A stretch of 64,000 nucleotides of DNA. It comes from Thermoproteota archaeon (lineage in GTDB: Archaea; Korarchaeota; Korarchaeia; Korarchaeales; Korarchaeaceae). The DNA is taken from the NCBI GenBank assembly GCA_027491395.1, contig JAOZFI010000043.1, positions 47,502 through 111,501 on the forward strand, read 5' to 3'. This document shows positions 58,373 to 64,000 of the stretch, one piece after another. How positions within the stretch are numbered: position 1 is the stretch's first letter; every line of letters begins with the position of its first letter. A program made the translations under genes and the position numbers. Below the pieces are notes generated by a model. The model ran no database searches. It had not been told where the DNA came from and was given only the letters and a program-made list of their open reading frames with translations.

Positions 58373-58702
58373 ATGCTCCACTTGAAGTGGGTCAGGATAA
58401 GGGAGGTTATGGAAGGCGAGGTGGCCATAATAGGGGTGGTCATAAACGTGATAGAGAACTACCTGATCTTGGATGATGGTACATCCCGAGCTAGGGTGTA
58501 TTACGATAGGGCCTCCGACTTCAAGCCCAAGGACATAGTGCTAGTGGTGGGTTCGGTGATCACATCCTCGGAGGATTTCAAAGAGCTGCAGGGATACGCA
58601 ATTGCCGACATATCAGGAATAGATATAAGTTTGCTCAGGGATGTGGATGAGGTAAGGAGAGAAGTGGAGAGAAAACTGAAAGGTGGTAGAGATGGTGAAT
58701 AG
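58373..58702 (+). CDS. Single OB-fold protein, RPA14/Rpa3-like
   Basis: VAIIGVV, LILDDGTS, IVLVVGSV and a C-terminal helix after IADISGID. Located between DP2 and PCNA. Confidence 0.7.
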   Translation: MLHLKWVRIREVMEGEVAIIGVVINVIENYLILDDGTSRARVYYDRASDFKPKDIVLVVGSVITSSEDFKELQGYAIADISGIDISLLRDVDEVRREVERKLKGGRDGE

Positions 58703-59444
58703 AGTGGTCTTCGAGGAGGCTAGTACCCTCAAGGCCATAGTTGACGCAGTTGAATCCTTGGTGGGCGAGGCCTCCATCAAGCTGGATCCGGAAGAGGGCA
58801 TGGGCCTTCAGGCCTTGGATCCCTCGAAAACCGCCATGATCCAACTAATACTTCCCAGAACCTATTTCATAGACTTCGAGGTGGACCAGTCCAACTTCTA
58901 CGGGATAAACTTCACCGACCTCTCCAAGATACTCAAGAGGGTGAAGGCCAAGGAGAGGGTGGAGCTGGAGTTAACCGAGTCCCTTATGAAGGTTACCGCC
59001 ACCGATGGATACAGGAAGACCTTCGAGCTGCCCTTGCTGGCCGGAACTCCGTTCGAGTTCAAGACAATAAAGGTGGACTACAAGGCCAAGGCGAGGTTAG
59101 ACAGCGACGTGATACCAAATGCCATAAAGGACCTGAAGATAATAGGATCCGACGTTGAGATCTATATAGACAGCGATAAGGTGGAATTCAGGGCCGAGAG
59201 CGACAAGGGAAAGGCTACGATATCCATCTCTAAGGAGGATAGGGCCCTGATAGATGTGTGGGCTGAGGAACCCTCTAAGAGCGTTTACAACATGGCCTAC
59301 TTGGAGAAGATGACGAAGCCAGCGAAGATCTCCGAGGAGGCTGATTTGGAATTGAAGACGCAGGCCCCTCTTAAACTCACATACCCCCTCGGAGGCATAG
59401 AGGGGGCAGGCATAACCTACTACTTAGCCCACCTACAGGTATGA
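58692..59444 (+). CDS. pcn: DNA sliding clamp PCNA
   Basis: LQALDPSKTAM, GINFTDLSKILKR, SVYNMAYL, PLKLTY, YYLA. Confidence 0.93.
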   Translation: MVNRVVFEEASTLKAIVDAVESLVGEASIKLDPEEGMGLQALDPSKTAMIQLILPRTYFIDFEVDQSNFYGINFTDLSKILKRVKAKERVELELTESLMKVTATDGYRKTFELPLLAGTPFEFKTIKVDYKAKARLDSDVIPNAIKDLKIIGSDVEIYIDSDKVEFRAESDKGKATISISKEDRALIDVWAEEPSKSVYNMAYLEKMTKPAKISEEADLELKTQAPLKLTYPLGGIEGAGITYYLAHLQV

Positions 59445-59448
59445 TCAG

Positions 59449-60378
59449 ATGAGGGAAGGGGAGATCCTTCTCATCGCCCCTTTTTCAAGGGAGGCTGCAG
59501 CCCTTCTGGAGGAGCAGGGTTTGACGCTGGAGGACTTGGCCTTCGACCCCTTGCTGGAGAACGCTAGGAGGTTCGCTAGAGAGAGGCTGATCAGGGCCAT
59601 CGAGGGAAGGATCCTCTATCCAGACATGATAAATCCAGTGAACGAGGTATACGCCTTCGTCGCGGCTAAGCTAATAGCCTCCAGAGTAGGGAGATCGATG
59701 CTCAGCAGATTGGCCAACTACGAGGCCAAGAGGTTCATGGAACTGTCTGAACGCTTATCCACGGAGAAACTGATAGACTTGGCTAGGGGGACGTTCGGTT
59801 TCGAGTTCAGGTTTAATAATGGACTCTGGGTCGACGTGGTCAGCTACTCCAACGGCTGCGCAGGTATAGGCGGACCGAAGTGGAGGCTCGTCAATCGTGT
59901 GGTGAGGAAGGGGTACGTCCTTGTAAATGAGAGAGATTTGAGGAGGCTGATTTCTGAGTACGTGAAAATGAAGGTAATGGAAACCCCCAGAATAGAGCTG
60001 CCCGATCCGCTGGAGGAGATAGCCAAGGAGATCTCAGATATGTTCGCCAAGAGGATGAGGAAGAGGTTCAAGAGACCCAAGAAGGGAGACTTCCCGCCCT
60101 GCATAAGGGAGCTCATATCCAAACTCAGGAGGGGAGAGAACCTGACCCACCAAGCTAGGTTCGCCCTGACGGCCTTCTTACTTAATGTGGGCTGGTCAGA
60201 GGAACAGGTGCTAGACCTGTTCAGGAGTGCGCCGGACTTCAACGAGAGGATAGCCTCCTATCAAATCTCCCACATAGCCAAGAGGAAGTATAAACCCCCT
60301 AGCTGCGAGACCATGAAGAACTGGGGTCTGTGTCCCGGTGACTGCGGAAGGAGATACATGCTGGAGGGTTTTGATTGA
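59449..60378 (+). CDS. priL: DNA primase large subunit
   Basis: WRLVNR, FPPCI, HQARF, PDFNE, YKPPSC..MK..GLC Fe-S domain. Confidence 0.93.
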   Translation: MREGEILLIAPFSREAAALLEEQGLTLEDLAFDPLLENARRFARERLIRAIEGRILYPDMINPVNEVYAFVAAKLIASRVGRSMLSRLANYEAKRFMELSERLSTEKLIDLARGTFGFEFRFNNGLWVDVVSYSNGCAGIGGPKWRLVNRVVRKGYVLVNERDLRRLISEYVKMKVMETPRIELPDPLEEIAKEISDMFAKRMRKRFKRPKKGDFPPCIRELISKLRRGENLTHQARFALTAFLLNVGWSEEQVLDLFRSAPDFNERIASYQISHIAKRKYKPPSCETMKNWGLCPGDCGRRYMLEGFD

Positions 60379-61529
60379 GGGAACTCGAGAAACTCTTCGC
60401 TAGGTATTACAGGGGCATGGCTAGCACCATATATGTTTCGGACGTACCTCTCAGGGAGTTCATGTTCAGGGACTTCGAGGGAAAGGTCAGGAGGCACATG
60501 TCCTTTAGGGATCTCTCGGAGCTCAGGAAGTATCTAGTGGACAACCCACCCATGCACGCCTACTACTCCGTCTCCCTTTATAGGAACCCCACGGCTCCGA
60601 TGGTTGAGAAGGAGCCCATAAGGGCGGAGCTCCTCTTTGATATAGACTCCACGGACTTCAAGGACGAGGAGTGCGAGAGGGAATCCATATGGAGGTGCAA
60701 GAATTGCGGCCTCAGTGGGAAGGGTATTCCGCCAGATAAGTGTCCGAAATGCGGGTCCGGGAGGATGGAGGTCAACCACTGGCTCAACGAGAGATGCATA
60801 TCTCTCACCAAGGAGGAAGTGGGGAAGCTCATAGGGGTGCTGTCCGAGGACCTCGGCGCCTCCCTAGATGAGATAGCGGTCTCGTACACGGGAAACAGGG
60901 GTTTCCACGTCAGAGTCTCGGAGGGAAAACTGACCACTCTATCCAAGGAGGGGAGGAGGGAAGTCGCCTTCTACGCGATGGGTAGGGGCTTCGATCCAAC
61001 CCCCCTCTTCATAGTCGAGAAGGGACTCGTGAAGCTGGATCTGAGGAGCAGTATAGCTAGGAGGGCCCTAGAACACCTGTTGAGTGCTCAAGTGAAACTA
61101 ACTCCTTCCCTGAGGGAGAAGGTACTCCTCCTATCGAAGGGCATGGGAGTCAGGCTGGGGTCGAGGGAGAGGAAGTACCTCCTCAACTTGCTTAAGGAAT
61201 CGGCTCAGAGGTCCGGTGCGAGGATCGACTGGATGGTCACCATGGACACGGGGAGGCTGACCAGGATACCAAACAGCATCCACGGCAAGACCGGATTCAG
61301 GGCTTTACGGCTCTCCTTGGATGAGTATGGGGTTTTCAACCCGTTCAAAGACGCAGTAGGTCTGCCCTCAGAGCCGGAGATCAAAGTCCGAGTGAAGATG
61401 CCCGTTCCAGCATTCAGATTGAGAGATGAGGCTTTCGGCCCATATTCTCCGGGTGAGGAGGTTCAGCTGCCCGGTTTCGCGGCGGCATTCGTTATCTTGA
61501 GGGGGAGGGCGGAACCACTCAATCATTAA
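60375..61529 (+). CDS. priS: DNA primase small (catalytic) subunit
   Basis: REF, YYSVSLY, ELLFDID, TGNRGFHV, IDWMVTMD.GRLTRIPNSIHGKTG. Confidence 0.95.
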   Translation: MRELEKLFARYYRGMASTIYVSDVPLREFMFRDFEGKVRRHMSFRDLSELRKYLVDNPPMHAYYSVSLYRNPTAPMVEKEPIRAELLFDIDSTDFKDEECERESIWRCKNCGLSGKGIPPDKCPKCGSGRMEVNHWLNERCISLTKEEVGKLIGVLSEDLGASLDEIAVSYTGNRGFHVRVSEGKLTTLSKEGRREVAFYAMGRGFDPTPLFIVEKGLVKLDLRSSIARRALEHLLSAQVKLTPSLREKVLLLSKGMGVRLGSRERKYLLNLLKESAQRSGARIDWMVTMDTGRLTRIPNSIHGKTGFRALRLSLDEYGVFNPFKDAVGLPSEPEIKVRVKMPVPAFRLRDEAFGPYSPGEEVQLPGFAAAFVILRGRAEPLNH

Positions 61530-61558
61530 TTATGGTCGAGCACCCATCCTACCAGTAG

Positions 61559-62059
61559 ATGGCAAAGTACAAGGATGTGATAAGGGAGGTTCTCATCTCG
61601 CTGGCCGAGGGCCGAGTTGACGATTCCTTAATCGACCGGCTCAGGTCAGCCGAAGAGGATTTATTGACGGACCTACCGGAGGGGTTGGAGGGTAGGATAT
61701 ACCTCAAGGCTGCCGAGGTGATCAGGGATCTGAGAATAGAGATGGAAAACGCGCTGTCCATCTCTAAAGCATTCAAGAGAGCTCTTTATGGAGGAATAAT
61801 CTCGGGAGAGATCAAAAGAACTGTTTATGAAGCCGAACAAGTCGAGACCGAGGAGGAAACCGAGGAGGGGAGAGTTTTCACCCCCCTGAGCGATGGGGTC
61901 GAGAGGGTATTAGTAACGTTTAAAACTCCCGTGACCAAATTCGTTGGTGTAGACATGAAGGTCTACGGACCGTTCTCCGAGGGCGATGTCGCATTCATTC
62001 CCTCGGAGAACGCGGCGGCCTTGAAAGAGAAGGGAGTTGTTGAGGTGGTCGAGGAATGA
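61559..62059 (+). CDS. GINS subunit (Gins51/Gins15 type)
   Basis: Helical N-part and C-terminal B-domain FVGVDMKVYGPFSEGDVAFIPSENA. Canonical position after priS. Confidence 0.85.
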   Translation: MAKYKDVIREVLISLAEGRVDDSLIDRLRSAEEDLLTDLPEGLEGRIYLKAAEVIRDLRIEMENALSISKAFKRALYGGIISGEIKRTVYEAEQVETEEETEEGRVFTPLSDGVERVLVTFKTPVTKFVGVDMKVYGPFSEGDVAFIPSENAAALKEKGVVEVVEE

Positions 62060-62334
62060 AGGTTCCCGCAGAGATCAACACGTACTGCCCCAGATGCGGC
62101 AGGCATACCAAACACAAGGTCTCCCTGTACAAGCAGGGCAAGGCACGGACGATGTCGTGGGGTCAGAGGCAGCTTGAGAGGAAGAGGAAGGGATACGGAG
62201 GAGAGCCCAGAGGTAAGCTGAGGAGGAAGGCCAAGACTACCAAGAAAGTGCTTCTCATACTCACATGCGAGGAGTGCGGTAGGAAAGTGATGAGGAACTT
62301 GGGGAGGCTGGCTAGGGTGGAGATAAAGAGGTGA
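62056..62334 (+). CDS. rpl44e: 50S ribosomal protein eL42 (L44e)
   Basis: TYCPRCGRHT, GYGG, KTTKK, CEECG. Confidence 0.95.
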   Translation: MKVPAEINTYCPRCGRHTKHKVSLYKQGKARTMSWGQRQLERKRKGYGGEPRGKLRRKAKTTKKVLLILTCEECGRKVMRNLGRLARVEIKR

Positions 62335-62546
62335 TGGCCATGGATAAGATGGAGTTGATCCCCCTCCCTAAAAGCTACTTCGTCAGGGTAAGGTGCCCTA
62401 AGTGCGGTAACGAGCAGATAATCTTCTCCCACGCCTCCAGAGAGGTCAGGTGTCATGTGTGCGACGAGGTGCTGGCCAGGCCTAGGGGCGGTAAGGCCGA
62501 GATCTTGGCGACGGTCATCGAGTATTTGGGTAGAGTGAGAGAGTGA
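62331..62546 (+). CDS. rps27e: 30S ribosomal protein eS27
   Basis: PKSYFVRVRCPKCGNEQIIFSHA, CHVC, PRGGKA. Confidence 0.95.
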   Translation: MMAMDKMELIPLPKSYFVRVRCPKCGNEQIIFSHASREVRCHVCDEVLARPRGGKAEILATVIEYLGRVRE

Positions 62547-63352
62547 GCTACAAGGCCTTCCCGAGGAGGAACGAGCTCGTTGTCGGCACTGTGAAGAGGG
62601 TAGAGGATCACGGGGTGATAGTCGAGCTGGACGAGTACGAGGGACTAGAAGCCTACATCCCTCGAAGTCACGTGGCCTCGGGGAGGATAAAGGACATAAG
62701 GGACTTCGTAAAGGAAGGGGACAAGATAGTAGGAAGGGTTATCAGGGCCAACAGGAAGCTGGGTCAGGTCGACCTCTCCCTCAGGTACGTCAGCGAGGAG
62801 CAGAAGAAGAGGAAGCTGGAGGAATGGAAGGAAAGAGTGAGAGTAATTTCTCTACTCAAACTGGCCGCTCAAAGAGCCGGTTTCCCGGATCCCGAATCGA
62901 TCGCAAAGGAATCTTGGACGAAGCTTGCCGACTACTACAGGAGTCCCATGGAGGCTCTTGAGGACATGCTTTACGAGGGAGTAGATCCCCTCTTGAAGGC
63001 CGGCTTGGACGAGAAGCTGGCCAAGAAACTGGAGGAGATAGTCAAGGTTCAGATAAAACCACCAATCTACATAAAGAACATAGTGGTGAAGCTGGTCTCC
63101 TATGCCAACGATGGCATAGAGAGGATCAGAAGGGCCCTACTAAGAGGACTCTCCACTCCTAAGACCGAGGGCGTTGAGGTAGACATATACACTGCGGGTG
63201 CACCTAGGTACATTATCTCAGTCTGCTCTCAGGATCCAAAACTGGTGAGGAGGATGTCCACGTACATAGTCAAGGCCATTTCTAAGGAGCTCGGAGAGAC
63301 GGAGATATTCGAGGTCGTGGAGGAGAAGGAGTACAGGAAAAGACTTGCCTGA
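62543..63352 (+). CDS. eif2a: Translation initiation factor aIF2 alpha
   Basis: S1 domain ELVVGTV..LDEY, VDLSLR, GIERIR, GAPRY. Confidence 0.95.
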   Translation: MSYKAFPRRNELVVGTVKRVEDHGVIVELDEYEGLEAYIPRSHVASGRIKDIRDFVKEGDKIVGRVIRANRKLGQVDLSLRYVSEEQKKRKLEEWKERVRVISLLKLAAQRAGFPDPESIAKESWTKLADYYRSPMEALEDMLYEGVDPLLKAGLDEKLAKKLEEIVKVQIKPPIYIKNIVVKLVSYANDGIERIRRALLRGLSTPKTEGVEVDIYTAGAPRYIISVCSQDPKLVRRMSTYIVKAISKELGETEIFEVVEEKEYRKRLA

Positions 63353-63396
63353 GGCTTCACTTCATCTCAGTTGTTTCAACCATTTCGAGGGGTTTC

Positions 63397-63525
63397 ATGG
63401 TGACACATCCCAAGATGAGGAGGTGTTCCCGCTGCTGGAGGTACACCTTCAGGGAGAAATGCCCCGTATGCGGTGCGGAAACGGTAGATCCCCATCCGAA
63501 GCCCTTCAACCCACCGAGTCGATGA
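63397..63525 (+). CDS. nop10: Nop10 (H/ACA RNP), C-terminally short; missing from the ORF track
   Basis: Manual translation MVTHPKMRRCSRCWRYTFREKCPVCGAETVDPHPKPFNPPSR* (42 aa). Zn ribbon plus HP..F motif, in the canonical position after aIF2alpha. Confidence 0.85.
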   Translation: MVTHPKMRRCSRCWRYTFREKCPVCGAETVDPHPKPFNPPSR

Positions 63526-63810
63526 GAACTAAGTCGAAAGGTTACTAAATATTCGTCGTATGCCTTAGTTCCTATGTCGCAGTTACTTTTCTCAAATAGT
63601 CACTGTTATTTTCAAATCCTTACTGAATAAATGAAAATTGTATCTGAATGATTCGTTAGAACTGTATAATGGGAATATCGTGTCAATCAAGCTAACTCAA
63701 GAGCTCCTAGGGACCTTATCTCGATTAATAAACAACTTTATGTCTAGTGTGAAGGGAGAAAACTCGTTTACCTACTCTATATTCACTAAATCTGCCGTAG
63801 GTTTCTCTAT

Positions 63811-63834
63811 CAACGTTGTGCAACGTTGTGCAAC
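63811..63834. repeat. Tandem 10-bp repeat (CAACGTTGTG x2.4) containing palindromes
   Basis: CAACGTTGTG CAACGTTGTG CAAC. Each unit contains the palindrome CAACGTTG. Confidence 0.8.
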
Positions 63835-63851
63835 TGTTACGATGACAATAA

Positions 63852-63859
63852 TTTTATAA
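63852..63859 (+). promoter_or_regulatory. TATA box for the downstream secreted-protein gene
   Basis: TTTTATAA about 60 bp upstream of ATG 63919, which has SD GGAGGTG. Confidence 0.55.
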
Positions 63860-63918
63860 GCCCTCTTCCAACAACCCTCAGCCCCTTGCCACATGAAGTG
63901 GCATGGGGAGGTGTTACT

Positions 63919-64000
63919 ATGAAGAAGGCATACATAATAGCAGCCTTGGTAGTGCTGCTGGGGGCCAGTTTGCTCCCTGCTATGGCCTACCCAATCCACA
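63919..64000 (+). CDS. Secreted protein, N-terminus only (runs off the right edge)
   Basis: MKKAYIIAALVVLLGASLLPAMAYPIH: Sec signal peptide with an AxA cleavage site and a strong SD. Confidence 0.75.
   Translation, partial: MKKAYIIAALVVLLGASLLPAMAYPIH

Noticed and set aside
713-62456. Numerous antisense and alternate-frame ORFs (for example 21059-21775, 29108-29863, 43966-44802)
   Set aside because: These are shadows of well-conserved genes caused by codon bias. They are Ser/Leu/Pro-rich and have no motifs.
63811-63834. CRISPR repeat
   Set aside because: Only a 10-bp unit with no spacers, and no cas genes.
63526-63860. Replication origin next to the replication operon
   Set aside because: AT-rich, but I see no ORB/mini-ORB-like repeats and no cdc6/orc1 or WhiP gene in the window. 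Unsupported, though not excluded.
63345-63999. ORFs 63345-63548, 63638-63859 and 63772-63999
   Set aside because: The first is the wrong frame over nop10. The others lack recognisable features and overlap the promoter or the signal-peptide gene.

Overview
Gene-dense archaeal chromosome segment made up mostly of housekeeping genes. It most likely comes from a Korarchaeota-type (TACK-related) organism. That is inferred from an unsplit RNAP largest subunit, unsplit RpoB, PolD, Elf1, eS30 and a short 422-aa EF-1alpha. Main blocks: t6A genes (tsaC-kae1), map-hjc, a fused tRNA splicing endonuclease, three CBS proteins behind rqc2, the L3-L4-L23-L2-S19 operon, tRNA-Ser(TGA), tuf-rps10, a thermosome subunit, S8e-SRP19-Gar1, trm1, fibrillarin-Nop5, glmS, the rpo5-rpo2-rpo1-L30e-nusA-S12-S7 operon, and a DP2-RPA14-like-PCNA-PriL-PriS-GINS-L44e-S27e-aIF2alpha-Nop10 superoperon. 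I read four genes that the ORF track lacks: eS30, Nop10, a VWA protein at the left edge and a secreted protein at the right edge. No integrase, transposase, CRISPR array or rRNA was seen. Best leads: (1) a sugar-acid kinase/PdxA2/LarA operon suggesting an uncharacterised tetronate 2-epimerase pathway; (2) an EMC6-like membrane protein fused to an extracellular domain; (3) an intact but catalytically eroded GAPDH paralog coupled to PGK; (4) a probable AUU start codon on nusA; (5) two divergent genes whose start codons overlap; (6) a SlaB-like stalk glycoprotein and a two-Wzy surface-glycan module. All family calls come from motif recognition by eye; no searches were run.
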